DNA from: an uncultured Bacillales bacterium
GTDB taxonomy: Bacteria; Bacillota_I; Bacilli_A; RFN20; CAG-288
DNA: 64,000 bases
Assembly (NCBI GenBank): GCA_949287425.1
Contig: CASEGJ010000004.1
Span: forward strand, 325,727-389,726
Direction: 5' to 3'
Shown here one piece after another: positions 28,227-39,312 of the stretch. The translations under genes and the position numbers were made by a program. The notes beneath the pieces were generated by a model, which did not search any database, was not told the origin of the DNA, and saw only the letters and a program-made list of their open reading frames with translations. Each line of letters starts with the position of its first letter. Position 1 is the stretch's first letter.

Positions 28227-31200
28227 ATGTTTGAATTAAATAAACTTACTGCTATTCAGGTTAAACTCGCTTCCCCTGAAAAAATCTTAGAATGGTCTAA
28301 AGGCGAGGTTAAAAATGCTGAGACTATCAACTATCGTACTCAAAAACCAGAACCAGATGGTTTGTTCTGCGAAAGAATCTTTGGCCCTACTAAAGATTAT
28401 CAATGCTATTGTGGAAAATATAGAAAACCTAGATCAGCTGGTATTGTTTGTGAAAAATGCGGTGTTGAAGTTACTACTAAAGCGGTTAGAAGAGAAAGAA
28501 TGGGTCATATTCAACTCGCCGCTCCATGTACTCATATTTGGTATTTAAAAGGAACTCCTTCGAGAATTTCTGTCTTACTAGATATTCCTCCTAAGCAAGT
28601 TGAACAAGTTGTTTACTATGCTTCTCATATTGTTATTAATCCAGGTGATACTGTTCAATTAAGTGAACGTATGGTCCTTGATGAAAAAGATAGCCGTGAA
28701 AAATTCAAAGCTATCATGCAAGAAATCATCGAAAAAGGCAGAACTAACAATATTGAAAAAGCTAAATCAATCTTACATAATTTGGAAAATACTTCCATGT
28801 TAGTTGACTTCGATACTATCGCTAAATTTATTAACGAATGTATCGGTACAGTCTTTGATTGGGGGGCTGGCGCTATTAAATCCTTACTTGAAAAAGTCGA
28901 TTTACAAAAAGAATTTGACGATATTCAAAAAGAATTGAAAAACACCAATTCTCCAAAGAATCAAAAGAGAATTAAATTGTTAAAGCGTCTTGAATTAGTC
29001 GATGCTTTTATCAAATCTAACAATAGACCTGAATGGATGGTATTAACTATTTTACCTGTTATGCCACCTGATTTAAGACCTATGTTACCTCTTGATGGTG
29101 GTAGATATGCCGCTAGTGATTTAAACGATTTATATAGAAGAGTTATCGGTAGAAATACCAGATTGAAAAACTTCCAAGAAATCAAAGCTCCTTCTATTAT
29201 TACAATTAATGAAAAGAGAATGCTTCAAGAAGCAGTCGATGCTTTAATTGATAACGGTAGAAGAACTAGAGCTGTTACTGGTGCCGGTAATAGACCTTTA
29301 AAATCTCTATCTAGCCAATTAAAAGGTAAACAAGGTAGATTTAGACAAAACTTGTTAGGTAAGAGAGTAGATTACTCTGGCCGTTCAGTTATCGCTGTTG
29401 GTCCTACTTTAAATATGGATCAATGCGGAATTCCTAGAGAAATGGCTATTAACTTATTTAGACCATTTATCACAGGAATCTTAATGCAGAAAAAATACGC
29501 TTCTAGTAAAAAACAAGCTGATTATATGATTGATAATCAAGATGAACACGTTTTAGAAGCTATCGAATCTATCATTACTCATCACCCAGTCTTATTAAAC
29601 AGAGCTCCTACCTTACATAGATTAGGTATCCAAGCTTTTAGACCTATCTTAGTTGAAGGAAGAGCTATTAGATTACATCCATTAGTCTGTACTGGATTTA
29701 ACGCTGACTTTGATGGTGACCAGATGGCTGTTCACGTTCCTTTATCTGAAAAGGCTCAAAAAGAAGCTATCGATTTAATGATTGCTAACCACAACATCTT
29801 AGGTCCTAAAGATGGTAAACCTATCTGTATTCCTTCTCAGGATATGCTTTTAGGTAACTACTATATCACTATGGAAAACGATGCTGAAGGTATGTTAGCT
29901 CAAGCTAAATACTATCGTAACTTTAAAGATGATGTTGAAGCTGATAGATATGAAATCTATTCTCAAGCTGAAGGTAGAGTCTTTAAAGACTATAACGAAG
30001 TTATTCTCGCTTATGAAAATCATCAAGTTCATTTGCAAACTAGAATTGCTATCCGCGCTAGTTCTTTAAATAAGACTTACTTAAATTCAGCTATGAAGAA
30101 AGCTTATTTGTTAACTACACCAGGTAAATTGATTTTCAATAGCATTTATCCTAGCGATTTCCCATATATCAATGGTGCTCAAGATGCTAAATTTAAACAT
30201 ACTGGTAGTAAACCTCAATATGAATTAGATGATAATTATTTACCTGAAGGCTTTGTTGCTTATGGTACTGATATTAAACAAGCTATTAAAGATGCTAAAT
30301 TGCATTCTCCAATTTCTAAAGGTGAAATTACTAATATCATCACTGAATTATTCTATCGTTATCAAGCTCAAAAGACTTCAGAAATCCTCGATTTAATGAA
30401 GAATTTAGGCTTTGAATTCTCAACTATTTCCGGTATTACTGTCGCTTTAAGTGATATTTCCGCTGAAACTAGCGATGGTAGTCCATCTCCATTAGCTAAC
30501 AAACAAGAATTGTTCGCTAAGACTGATGAATTAGTTGAACATTATAGACAACAAGCTGATGATGGTGAACTTACTGAAAATGAAAGATATGAAAAAGTTG
30601 TCGCTGCTTGGGGTAAAGTTAGTAATACTATCACTGAAGAAGTTCGTACTCTTATTAATAAAGAAGTTAGAAATCCTGTCTTTATTATGTCGGCTTCCGG
30701 TGCTAGAGGTAAGTTAACTAACTTCGTTCAGCTTATCGGTATTAAAGGTTTGATGCAACGTCCTGATGGTTCTTCAATTGAAATTCCTGTTAAATCCTGC
30801 TTTAGAGAAGGTTTAAATGTCGCTGAATTCTTCATTGCTACTCACGGTGCTAGAAAAACTGGTGCTGATACTGCTTTAAAGACAGCTGACTCAGGTTATT
30901 TAACTAGAAGATTGATCGATGTTTCTCACGATGTCATCGTTAGAGAAGAAGATTGCGGATGTGACCATGGTATTGTTATTAGAGATATCATGTCACGTGA
31001 ACCTAGATTTGACGATGAAGCTAAAGGACAATATCCTGAAGTTAAAGTTAAATTATACGATAGATTAATCGGTAGATTTACCGTTCACGATGTTATAAAT
31101 CCTCAAACTGGTGAAGTGATTGTTAAAGCTAATACAATGATTAGCGAAGATCAAGCTGCTAGTATTATAAACGCTGGTATTAAAGAAGTTGAAATTAGAA

Positions 31201-32198
31201 CCTTATTTACTTGCGAAACTAAAGATGGTGTCTGTGTCCATTGTTATGGACGTAACTTAGCTACTGGTAGATTAGTTTCAATCGGTGATGCTGTCGGTAT
31301 TATGGCTGCTCAATCAATCGGCGAACCTGGTACACAGCTTACTTTGAAAAACTTCCACTCTGGTGGTGTTGCTGGTGAAGAAGATATCACTCAAGGTTTA
31401 CCTAGAGTTCAAGAAGTTTTGGAAGCTAGAGTTCCTAAAGGTGAGGCTTTAATTACCGAAATTAGCGGTGTTGTTAAAGAAATTAGCGAACACGATAAAG
31501 ATAAGAAGATGTACAATATCACTATTGAAAATCCTAATATCATTGTCGATGAACAAACTAATGAATGTGAAACTAAAACATATACAACTAACGCTCATGC
31601 TACAGTTATCGTTCAAGTTGGCGATCAAGTTAAAGCTGGTCAAAAGCTCACTGTCGGTGCAATTGATCCTAAGAAATTGCTCGATGCTACTAGTGTAGCT
31701 GATGTTGAAACTTACTTACTTGAAGAAGTTGAAAAAGTCTATCAAAACCAAGGTATTAATATTTCTGATAAGCATGTTGAAGTTATCGCTAAACAGATGC
31801 TTAGAAAGATGTTAGTTATTGAATCAGGAGATACTAACTTATTACCTGGAACTAGAGTAGATATTGTCGATTTCACTAATGCTAACGCTAAAGCTTTAGC
31901 TGAAAATAAACATCCTGCTGTCGGTCGTCCAATCGTTCTTGGTATTACTAAAGCAGCTTTGGATACAAATTCCTTCTTATCTTCTGCTTCCTTCCAAGAA
32001 ACCACCCGTGTTTTAACTGATGCGGCTGTTAAAGGAAAGATTGACTATCTCCACGGCTTAAAAGAAAATGTCATGATCGGTAAGTTAATTCCTGCTGGTA
32101 CTGGCTTTTATGGCGATAGCGATGAATCTTCAGAGAGATTTGAAGCTGGCGCAGTAAATGCTGGAGCTGAAACTCCTGAATTTTCTGAAAAGCAATAA
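28227..32198 (+). CDS. rpoC: RNA polymerase beta' subunit
   Basis: Catalytic [32 protein letters not shown], Zn-binding Cys motifs. Confidence 0.99.
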   Translation: MFELNKLTAIQVKLASPEKILEWSKGEVKNAETINYRTQKPEPDGLFCERIFGPTKDYQCYCGKYRKPRSAGIVCEKCGVEVTTKAVRRERMGHIQLAAPCTHIWYLKGTPSRISVLLDIPPKQVEQVVYYASHIVINPGDTVQLSERMVLDEKDSREKFKAIMQEIIEKGRTNNIEKAKSILHNLENTSMLVDFDTIAKFINECIGTVFDWGAGAIKSLLEKVDLQKEFDDIQKELKNTNSPKNQKRIKLLKRLELVDAFIKSNNRPEWMVLTILPVMPPDLRPMLPLDGGRYAASDLNDLYRRVIGRNTRLKNFQEIKAPSIITINEKRMLQEAVDALIDNGRRTRAVTGAGNRPLKSLSSQLKGKQGRFRQNLLGKRVDYSGRSVIAVGPTLNMDQCGIPREMAINLFRPFITGILMQKKYASSKKQADYMIDNQDEHVLEAIESIITHHPVLLNRAPTLHRLGIQAFRPILVEGRAIRLHPLVCTGFNADFDGDQMAVHVPLSEKAQKEAIDLMIANHNILGPKDGKPICIPSQDMLLGNYYITMENDAEGMLAQAKYYRNFKDDVEADRYEIYSQAEGRVFKDYNEVILAYENHQVHLQTRIAIRASSLNKTYLNSAMKKAYLLTTPGKLIFNSIYPSDFPYINGAQDAKFKHTGSKPQYELDDNYLPEGFVAYGTDIKQAIKDAKLHSPISKGEITNIITELFYRYQAQKTSEILDLMKNLGFEFSTISGITVALSDISAETSDGSPSPLANKQELFAKTDELVEHYRQQADDGELTENERYEKVVAAWGKVSNTITEEVRTLINKEVRNPVFIMSASGARGKLTNFVQLIGIKGLMQRPDGSSIEIPVKSCFREGLNVAEFFIATHGARKTGADTALKTADSGYLTRRLIDVSHDVIVREEDCGCDHGIVIRDIMSREPRFDDEAKGQYPEVKVKLYDRLIGRFTVHDVINPQTGEVIVKANTMISEDQAASIINAGIKEVEIRTLFTCETKDGVCVHCYGRNLATGRLVSIGDAVGIMAAQSIGEPGTQLTLKNFHSGGVAGEEDITQGLPRVQEVLEARVPKGEALITEISGVVKEISEHDKDKKMYNITIENPNIIVDEQTNECETKTYTTNAHATVIVQVGDQVKAGQKLTVGAIDPKKLLDATSVADVETYLLEEVEKVYQNQGINISDKHVEVIAKQMLRKMLVIESGDTNLLPGTRVDIVDFTNANAKALAENKHPAVGRPIVLGITKAALDTNSFLSSASFQETTRVLTDAAVKGKIDYLHGLKENVMIGKLIPAGTGFYGDSDESSERFEAGAVNAGAETPEFSEKQ

Positions 32199-32210
32199 TT
32201 TAAACTGATT

Positions 32211-32243
32211 AGGGGCAAAAACTACATAGTTTAGCCCCTTTTT
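32211..32243 (+). terminator. Terminator after rpoC
   Basis: AGGGGC..AAACT/AGTTTAGCCCCT stem + T-tract. Confidence 0.8.
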
Positions 32244-32245
32244 CA

Positions 32246-34039
32246 ATGTTTAAAAAACCAGTTAAATATATTACAATAAATAGTATGGACAAAGTTTTTA
32301 TTGATGATTTGTTTTATCCTCCTATAGAAAATTTCACTGTATGTTATCAAAAGAATAAAACTAATTTACTTCTAGTTTATCCTTATATTCCTAATATCGA
32401 GATTGATTCTTTATCATCTATTAAAGGAAAGATTTTTATCGATGATAAATTAGTTAATTCCGAAGAAGAATTTAAATCTTTACAGGATAATTTTTTTAAT
32501 ATTGATTCTTCTTATAATTGCGAAGTATTTAAAGATTCCGTCTATTTATCTTTATTGAATTATTATTTAGAATTAAATAATTATTTAAAGCGCAAATATT
32601 CATCTCAATCAGAATTAAATAATTTAGATGAAAAACGCTTTGAAATAGAGCAAAAACAAGCTGAAATAAAACAAGAATACGACGATAAGATTTTAAAATT
32701 AGATAATCAAGTAGAAGAAGAACTTTCTTCTTTAAGAAAGAAAAATTCTGAAAATAAATTAGATACTTCTGAAAATAATTTAGCATATCATAGTGGAATT
32801 CAAGCTATTTTAGCTAAAAAAGAAGAGCGGAAAAATGAAATTGAAAGTGAATATCTTTCTAAATTAGATGAGCTAAAAAAAGTAAATCAACAATATTTTT
32901 TAGATAGTAAATCTTCTCAAGCTACAATAAAAAAGCAAATTAAACAAGAGTATAAACTAGCAAAAAAAGAATTGAAAAGTAAAATTAAACAGCTAAAGAA
33001 AGAAAATCTCGATAGTTTAGATTATAAAGAAAATCTAGATAAGGCCTATAATGAGTTTTATTTAAAGACTTTTGTTCCTAAAAAAGTTGCTGTTATGAGA
33101 TTGAATAGATTGTTTGAAGATTTCAGCTTTCAAATTTCATATAGTCTAAAAAACAAAATGATAAATAAGTTTAGTTTAATTGAACTTATGAAAATCAAGA
33201 TGATTTTTGGAATTATTTCCACTAAGCAAGTTTTTAATTTAAATCTTTTAGATGATAATTTAACTAGTCAAGATAAATTAGTTTTAATTGAAGATTTTAA
33301 AAAGTTAACTTCTTATGAAAATAAATTCGGTTTAATAATTACAAACGATGTTGAACATGCTAATTTAGTAAGTGATGAATCTAGTGTATTTTTCGCTTTA
33401 GAAGGAAAGACAATTGAATATTCTTCTAAAGCTAATATGATTTCAAACTGTTTAGTTCCTATCGTTCAAAAGTTTTTTAAAAAGGAAAATATCTTGCAAG
33501 ACGATATTGATTTTGCCATGGATATTAAAGGTAACTTAGTAGAAATTTTACCTGAACATTATATCTATGCATCTTCTAGTCAAGTTGTTGCGTATACTCG
33601 TTTAATTAAATATGAAAAGAGAATGGAAAAAAAGCAAGTAGAAATTAAAAAGCAAAAAGTCGCTGAGCTTACTAATAATAAAGAAGAGAATAGTAAGAAA
33701 GTTATTGCTAAAAAACCAATTAAGAAAAAGATAGTCAAGCAAACAATTCAAGAAAGCATCAACGATATTGTTTTAGTTAATAAGTTAGATAAACTTAAAA
33801 AAGATAATAAAGAAGATAAAATTAAAGTTTATATTATTGAAAAAAGAGAAAAGGATAATATGTGGGTTATTCATCTTGATAATTCTTCAAAAGCCTTGAA
33901 ATTATTTAAAACTAAAGCGTTAGCTTTAGAATATGGAAAAACACTTACTTATAATCAAGTTGCTAAATTGATTGTAATTCCATCAAAAATTAAAAGTATA
34001 GATGAAAATAGTATAATTAATAAGGAGGAAAATTTATGA
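32246..34039 (+). CDS. Coiled-coil protein with degenerate OppD/OppF-like ABC ATPase remnant and C-terminal DUF2188-like domain
   Basis: Central coiled coil; LIITNDVEHANLVSD..EGKTIEY..PEHYIYA resembles an OppF C-terminus; C-terminal YIIEKREKDNMWVI..KALKLFKTKALA resembles DUF2188. Confidence 0.55.
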   Translation: MFKKPVKYITINSMDKVFIDDLFYPPIENFTVCYQKNKTNLLLVYPYIPNIEIDSLSSIKGKIFIDDKLVNSEEEFKSLQDNFFNIDSSYNCEVFKDSVYLSLLNYYLELNNYLKRKYSSQSELNNLDEKRFEIEQKQAEIKQEYDDKILKLDNQVEEELSSLRKKNSENKLDTSENNLAYHSGIQAILAKKEERKNEIESEYLSKLDELKKVNQQYFLDSKSSQATIKKQIKQEYKLAKKELKSKIKQLKKENLDSLDYKENLDKAYNEFYLKTFVPKKVAVMRLNRLFEDFSFQISYSLKNKMINKFSLIELMKIKMIFGIISTKQVFNLNLLDDNLTSQDKLVLIEDFKKLTSYENKFGLIITNDVEHANLVSDESSVFFALEGKTIEYSSKANMISNCLVPIVQKFFKKENILQDDIDFAMDIKGNLVEILPEHYIYASSSQVVAYTRLIKYEKRMEKKQVEIKKQKVAELTNNKEENSKKVIAKKPIKKKIVKQTIQESINDIVLVNKLDKLKKDNKEDKIKVYIIEKREKDNMWVIHLDNSSKALKLFKTKALALEYGKTLTYNQVAKLIVIPSKIKSIDENSIINKEENL

Positions 34040-34593
34040 TTTACAAAGGTTTAGTTTTGTTAGCTGATGGTTTTGAACAAGTTGAAGCTTTAGCTTATGT
34101 CGATATTTTAACTCGTGCTGGGATTCAAGTAGATTTAGTTTCTATTAAAAATTGTCACAAGGTTACTTCTTCTTCTCATATTACTGTTGTCGCTAAATAC
34201 AATTTAAAAGAAATCGATTATACAAGCTATGATTTTATCTATCTTCCTGGAGGTAAATTAGGTGTCGATAATTTGCAAAAATCTAAAAAAGTTAGAGATA
34301 TATTAAAGTATTTTTACGATAACAACGATACTAAATTGATTACAGCTATCTGCGCTGCTCCTTCCATCTTAGGGGTTTTAGGTTATCTAGATGATAAAAA
34401 GTATACTTGCTTCCCAGGTTTTGAAAGAGGTAAAGGTAAATATTTAGAAAATGAAACCTGTGTAGTTGATGGAAATATCTATACAGCTAGAAGTATGTAT
34501 TGGACTATTCAATTAGCTGAAAAGGTCGTTGAACATTATCTTGGAAAAGGTGGATTAGAAAAAATCTATCCTGGAACTAGAGGAGTTAGATAA
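34036..34593 (+). CDS. DJ-1/PfpI (ThiJ) family protein
   Basis: LADGFEQVEA, LPGG, AICAAP nucleophile elbow. Confidence 0.95.
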   Translation: MIYKGLVLLADGFEQVEALAYVDILTRAGIQVDLVSIKNCHKVTSSSHITVVAKYNLKEIDYTSYDFIYLPGGKLGVDNLQKSKKVRDILKYFYDNNDTKLITAICAAPSILGVLGYLDDKKYTCFPGFERGKGKYLENETCVVDGNIYTARSMYWTIQLAEKVVEHYLGKGGLEKIYPGTRGVR

Positions 34594-34616
34594 TTTTATA
34601 AGCTAAATTAAAACAC

Positions 34617-34643
34617 GTGTCTATTTTAAGTAGACACTTTTTT
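34617..34643 (+). terminator. Terminator
   Basis: GTGTCTATT/AGTAGACAC + T-tract. Confidence 0.75.
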
Positions 34644-34713
34644 AATTGACAAAAAAAGCTCATAAGTGTTATTAAATAATTATAAATAGCTAGATAAAAT
34701 ATTATAGGGATTT

Positions 34714-34815
34714 ATGAAAAGAAAATTTTGTTATCTAATTTGTTTAGCTAGTTTAATTATACTTAATGTAAATGTGGATATAATAAAGAAATCACATCTA
34801 CTCCAATACCTATAG
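34714..34815 (+). other. Unlisted 33-aa ORF resembling a signal peptide (small protein or gene remnant)
   Basis: MKRKFCYLICLASLIILNVNVDIIKKSHLLQYL; AGGGA RBS; TTGACA at 34646 upstream. Confidence 0.35.
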
Positions 34816-34839
34816 TTCAATAGATAGGAGAATATCATA

Positions 34840-35307
34840 ATGACAAAAATATTTAAATTATTACCTCTATTTTCTTTAATGTTAGTAGGGCTAAGTTCAT
34901 GTAATAATAAAAGCGATGTTGATAAAACTAGTATTAGTCAAAGTATTCTTACAATTACAGCTCATTTTGTAAAATGCGTATATCCTTCTTCCAATTATAC
35001 TTTTGAAAAAAGCGATACTGATTTTAGCTTTGAGTTAACTTATGAAGAAAATCACGTTATAAATAAGTATGATCTAGATGCGATTAGATATCTTATGTAT
35101 GATAAAACTCCTCAAGAGCTCTATCAAGAAGATACTTATTTTTGGGAAGATAAAATTAAATATTCTTTTGGAGTAGATGGACCATTTATAGATTATAAAA
35201 ATGCTAAAGATACACTTTTAGAAGAAGGGGATGTCTTTACTTCAAATATAACTGATGTTTATTATTCACTCTCTTATGGATATTGGTTAATAACTTATCC
35301 AGAATAA
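34840..35307 (+). CDS. Hypothetical lipoprotein
   Basis: Lipobox LVGLSSC; RBS AGGAG. Confidence 0.8.
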   Translation: MTKIFKLLPLFSLMLVGLSSCNNKSDVDKTSISQSILTITAHFVKCVYPSSNYTFEKSDTDFSFELTYEENHVINKYDLDAIRYLMYDKTPQELYQEDTYFWEDKIKYSFGVDGPFIDYKNAKDTLLEEGDVFTSNITDVYYSLSYGYWLITYPE

Positions 35308-35315
35308 TTGTAAGT

Positions 35316-35358
35316 AAAAAAAACAGATATTTAAGTTATTAGCTAAATATCTGTTTTT
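35316..35358. terminator. Bidirectional terminator
   Basis: AAAAACAGATATTTA...TAAATATCTGTTTTT between convergent genes. Confidence 0.8.
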
Positions 35359-35377
35359 AATTTGGATTGATTTACAA

Positions 35378-35938
35378 TTAGTTTCTTTTAGCAATTTCAT
35401 CTAACTGCTTAATTTCATCTTGATCTGGAACATAGACATAAGGAATGTTTCTATTTAATTCTTTATAGTCTAATCCATAACCAAGCAAGAATTTGTTTTC
35501 TTTTAATTGAAGGCCATAATAATCTATATCTATATTGACTTTTCTAATAGAAATTTTATCGACTAAGGTAACTATTAAGATGTTTTTAGGTTGATATTTA
35601 TCGTAGATAAAATGCTTTAAATAATGCATAGAATAACCGGTATCAACAACATCGTCAATTAAAACGACAGTTTTATTTTTAGCAGGATAAGTTAGATCTT
35701 TTTTAAGTTTAATAATTCCAGTAGAAGAAGTTCCATCATAAGAAGAAATCTGAACAAAGTCAGTGATAATAGGAATCTTAACTTCTTTAACTAAGTCCAT
35801 CATAAAGTTAAGTCCACCTTTCATAACGCCAACAAAAACAGGAATTTGTTCTTCATCTTTTAATCTTTCTGATAGTTTATCAGCGATATCGATACAAATA
35901 TTGTGAATTTGTTCTCTAGTAAGTAGTATTTCTTTCAT
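35378..35938 (-). CDS. hpt: Hypoxanthine phosphoribosyltransferase
   Basis: VGVMKGG, VLIDDVVDTG PRPP motif, FLLGYGLDY. Confidence 0.95.
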   Translation of the reverse strand: MKEILLTREQIHNICIDIADKLSERLKDEEQIPVFVGVMKGGLNFMMDLVKEVKIPIITDFVQISSYDGTSSTGIIKLKKDLTYPAKNKTVVLIDDVVDTGYSMHYLKHFIYDKYQPKNILIVTLVDKISIRKVNIDIDYYGLQLKENKFLLGYGLDYKELNRNIPYVYVPDQDEIKQLDEIAKRN

Positions 35939-36059
35939 AAATAGTTACTCCTTCAATGTGGTTTATGAATTTATTATACTTTATAATTTTTTGATTTTAT
36001 ACTTGAAATCGCTTACGATTTATCAATTTTGATATTTTGTTATTTTTAGAATAGATTTT

Positions 36060-36090
36060 AAAAGGCTATTAAGCTAGTAACTTAATAGCC
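36060..36090 (-). terminator. Terminator of the feo operon
   Basis: GGCTATTAAG/CTTAATAGCC with an A-tract on the + strand. Confidence 0.8.
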
Positions 36091-36095
36091 AAGGT

Positions 36096-36290
36096 TTATT
36101 TTTCTAAGTCGGTTTTGTCTTTTTTATATTTCTTGTTAAATTCTTTTAACATTTTTTCTTTTGACATGCATTTGCATCCATCACAGCCAGTAGGCAAATT
36201 GTGCATTCTTTTATAAATGTACCTAGATAAGACACCACCTACAACAATAATACAGAAACTAATAAGAATAATCTCTATTGCTAGTAGCAT
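36096..36290 (-). CDS. FeoB-associated Cys-rich small membrane protein
   Basis: TM helix then GCDGCKC; overlaps the feoB stop codon. Confidence 0.8.
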   Translation of the reverse strand: MLLAIEIILISFCIIVVGGVLSRYIYKRMHNLPTGCDGCKCMSKEKMLKEFNKKYKKDKTDLEK

Positions 36291-38593
36291 TAGTCTGTTC
36301 CTTTTAAGGTGTTGTTTTTCTTATCTTGATATTTGTTGTAGTAAATAATTCCTCCTATGCCTGATCCAATAATAGCTAGGTAGATAAAACAAGTCCACCA
36401 ATAAGTAGGAATTAGATAGAACATACTTCCAACAAAGAAGGAAGAAACTAACCAGAAAAGGATAGTTCCTTTAAATTTGTTTTTAGGAAGTTCGGCTTTA
36501 GCAGTAGCGACAGCAGCGAAACAAGGAATGGTCAGTAAGTTAAATATAGCGAAAGCAAATAATGCATAAGTGGTAATATTAGTAGCATCAACAATCATTT
36601 CCATCGCTTGAGAAGTTGTGTAATCATCCATAGTTCCACCTGCAATTGCTGCAGATAATGCTGAGAAGATAGATAAGACATTTTCTTTAGCGATAAGCCC
36701 GCAGATAGTAGCGACTACAAAGATCCAACCAAATTCACCAGCTAAATTTGAACCAAAGCCAAGAGGAGTAAATATAGGCTGTAACAATTTACCTATAGTA
36801 GCGGCAATAGAATTAGAAATTTCTTCATCAGGTAAGAAAGCGTTCCAGGATAAATTAACATGTGAGATAAACCAGATCAAGATATTGGAGGCTAAAATGA
36901 CCGTAAAAGCTTTTTTAACAAAGTGTTTAATTTTATCCCAAACGTGAATTCCTAGGGCCTTTAATTGAGGTAAGTGATAGCTAGGCAATTCCATTACAAA
37001 CGGAGGAACAGCCCCTCTATTTACTGTTGCTTTCATAATAATTACAGTAATTAAAGCTGTAACAATACCGACTAAGAAACAAGCTAGAGTAAATAAATCA
37101 GGATTATTTATATTGCACATGATAGCGATTTGACCAGCAACAGCAGTTAAAACTGGTAATTTAGCGCCACATGCGAAGAAAGGAATAACTCTAATAGTTG
37201 TAGTTCTTTCGTTATCATCAGCAAGAGTACGAGTGTTAATCATAGCTGGAATAGAACAGCCAAAGCCCATAATCATAGGCATAAACGCTCTTCCAGATAG
37301 ACCGAATCTTCTAAAGATTCTATCTAAGATAAAGGCAATTCTAGCCATATATCCAGTGTCTTCTAAAATAGCAAAGAATAGGAAGAGTAAACAAATTTGA
37401 GGTAAGAAAGATAATACGGAGAAAATACCCGCTAAAATACCATCACAAATTAATCCAGAGACCCAAACTTGATCACCTTGAATAGATTCTAATCCTGTTT
37501 TAGTTAAATCAGTAATCCAATCGGTAAATCCAACTAAACAAGTCTGTAAAAAGACACCTGGAGAAGCAACACCATCTGCTGAAACTATCAATCCTTCCCA
37601 AGGAGTTCCTTGTAAGGTGACATTGATAATTTCACCATCTTCATTAAGAGGGAAGATGTTTTTTAAATAGAGAAAATTAGTGGCAAAAGTCAAATGGAAA
37701 ATGACAAATAATACGGCAATAAATATAGGAATTCCCCAGATTCTATTTGTTAAAACTTTATCTATTTTATCAGAAAGAGTAGTCTTTAATTGATTGGGAT
37801 CTTGATTGCTACCATCGTTTTTTACGATGATATTTGCAATGTTTTTAGATAAGAATTTGTATCTTTCATCAGCGATAATCGCTTCAAAATCACTTCCGAA
37901 GATTTCATCGTTAAAATCTTTTTTACTTTCAGTAACTAAAGGCAAGATGTTTTTGTGAAGTTGAATTTCGATTTCATCGTTTTCAATTAGCTTAATGGCG
38001 TGGAATAAAGGATTGGAAATTTCTTCAGAAAGATATTCGTTATTAACTTTATTAATTAGGCTATCTAATTTGCAGCCTTTTAAGATAGTTTTACCTTTTC
38101 TAGGATGTTTAGAAGTTTCATAGGCTTTCTTCATCAAATCTTCAAGGTTTGATTCTTTTAAAGCTGAGATTTCTACTACAGGAATATCTAAAATTTTTGA
38201 AAGCTTATTAGTATCGATACTTTGGTTGTTTTTTGCAATTAAATCCGCCATATTAATAGCTAGAATCATTGGAACATCCATTTCGAGCAACTGAGTAGTT
38301 AAATAGAGGTTTCTTTCTAAATTAGTACCATCGACAATATTAATTACACAGTCTGGTTTTTCATCTAAGATGTAATTTCTAGAAATTACTTCTTCAGGTG
38401 AATAAGGAGAAAGAGAATAAATACCAGGTAAATCGATAATTGAAATAGGTTCTTCTAACTTTTTGTAAGTGCCTTCTTTTTTATCAACTGTGACTCCAGG
38501 CCAGTTACCTACATAAGCAGTTGAACCGGTTAAAGAATTAAAAAGAGTAGTTTTTCCGCAGTTAGGATTACCTGCTAAGGCAAATCGTTTCAT
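36290..38593 (-). CDS. feoB: Ferrous iron transporter B
   Basis: GNPNCGKT, VGNWPGVTV, DLPGIYSL, GFGCSIPA, FVMELPSY. Confidence 0.98.
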   Translation of the reverse strand: MKRFALAGNPNCGKTTLFNSLTGSTAYVGNWPGVTVDKKEGTYKKLEEPISIIDLPGIYSLSPYSPEEVISRNYILDEKPDCVINIVDGTNLERNLYLTTQLLEMDVPMILAINMADLIAKNNQSIDTNKLSKILDIPVVEISALKESNLEDLMKKAYETSKHPRKGKTILKGCKLDSLINKVNNEYLSEEISNPLFHAIKLIENDEIEIQLHKNILPLVTESKKDFNDEIFGSDFEAIIADERYKFLSKNIANIIVKNDGSNQDPNQLKTTLSDKIDKVLTNRIWGIPIFIAVLFVIFHLTFATNFLYLKNIFPLNEDGEIINVTLQGTPWEGLIVSADGVASPGVFLQTCLVGFTDWITDLTKTGLESIQGDQVWVSGLICDGILAGIFSVLSFLPQICLLFLFFAILEDTGYMARIAFILDRIFRRFGLSGRAFMPMIMGFGCSIPAMINTRTLADDNERTTTIRVIPFFACGAKLPVLTAVAGQIAIMCNINNPDLFTLACFLVGIVTALITVIIMKATVNRGAVPPFVMELPSYHLPQLKALGIHVWDKIKHFVKKAFTVILASNILIWFISHVNLSWNAFLPDEEISNSIAATIGKLLQPIFTPLGFGSNLAGEFGWIFVVATICGLIAKENVLSIFSALSAAIAGGTMDDYTTSQAMEMIVDATNITTYALFAFAIFNLLTIPCFAAVATAKAELPKNKFKGTILFWLVSSFFVGSMFYLIPTYWWTCFIYLAIIGSGIGGIIYYNKYQDKKNNTLKGTD

Positions 38594-38874
38594 TTATTTA
38601 CCTCCTTATTTTCCACTAGTTTAGTCATTTTAAGACTGATTAGTTTAGCTTCTGCTTTCCTTAAAGTTAACTCGTAATTACGCAAGGTAATTTCAATTGG
38701 ATCGCCTAAAGGAGCCTTTTTTCTTAAAGTGACATTAGTATTAGGAGTAAGCCCCATATCTAATAAGCGGCGTCTAAGTTTACCTTCACCATCGATTTTG
38801 ATGATGATGCCTTCTTCAAAGACATTGAACGTATCAAGAGTTTTAATTATTGAAGGCTTTGACTCTACATTCAT
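38590..38874 (-). CDS. feoA: FeoA family protein
   Basis: RRRLLDMGL..APLGDPIEI..LRKAEA. Confidence 0.95.
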   Translation of the reverse strand: MNVESKPSIIKTLDTFNVFEEGIIIKIDGEGKLRRRLLDMGLTPNTNVTLRKKAPLGDPIEITLRNYELTLRKAEAKLISLKMTKLVENKEVNK

Positions 38875-38889
38875 AATTTGTTTCCTTTC

Positions 38890-39111
38890 TTATTTAGCTA
38901 TAACTGAAATACCAGCGGCAGTTTGATTATCTATAGCAAATCTCGCACCTTTAATAAAAACGACTAAAGTTCCTTTTTCATTAGCGAGAACTTGAATAGT
39001 CGAATTGATAGTAAGGCCTAAAGTTTCAAGATGCTTTTTTAATTTGTCATTTCCAAAACTAACTTTAATAACTTTAAGTTCAGTATTTAATGGCGCAATT
39101 AGTAAGGGCAT
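38890..39111 (-). CDS. feoA: FeoA family protein (second copy)
   Basis: KKHLETLGL..KGARFAID SH3-like pattern; RBS AAGGAGG. Confidence 0.9.
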   Translation of the reverse strand: MPLLIAPLNTELKVIKVSFGNDKLKKHLETLGLTINSTIQVLANEKGTLVVFIKGARFAIDNQTAAGISVIAK

Positions 39112-39168
39112 AATTAACCTCCTTTATTGCTATATCAAAAAATGATATGGCTCAATCAAACCGTTGTA

Positions 39169-39184
39169 GTTAGTTATAACTAAC
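39169..39184. promoter_or_regulatory. DtxR-family operator 1 (perfect palindrome)
   Basis: GTTAGTTATAACTAAC. Confidence 0.85.
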
Positions 39185-39190
39185 ATATAC

Positions 39191-39218
39191 ATTATACATC
39201 TAAATTATTCTTAGTCAA
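39191..39218 (-). promoter_or_regulatory. feo promoter
   Basis: TTGACT-16-TATAAT on the minus strand, between the two operators. Confidence 0.7.
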
Positions 39219-39226
39219 CAAAAAAA

Positions 39227-39242
39227 GTTAGTTATAACTAAC
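39227..39242. promoter_or_regulatory. DtxR-family operator 2 (identical palindrome)
   Basis: GTTAGTTATAACTAAC. Confidence 0.85.
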
Positions 39243-39312
39243 AAAAATTATCTCACTTTATATTTACCCCTTATTTATCTATAATATTGATATATAAATA
39301 TGGAGAAAAGAT

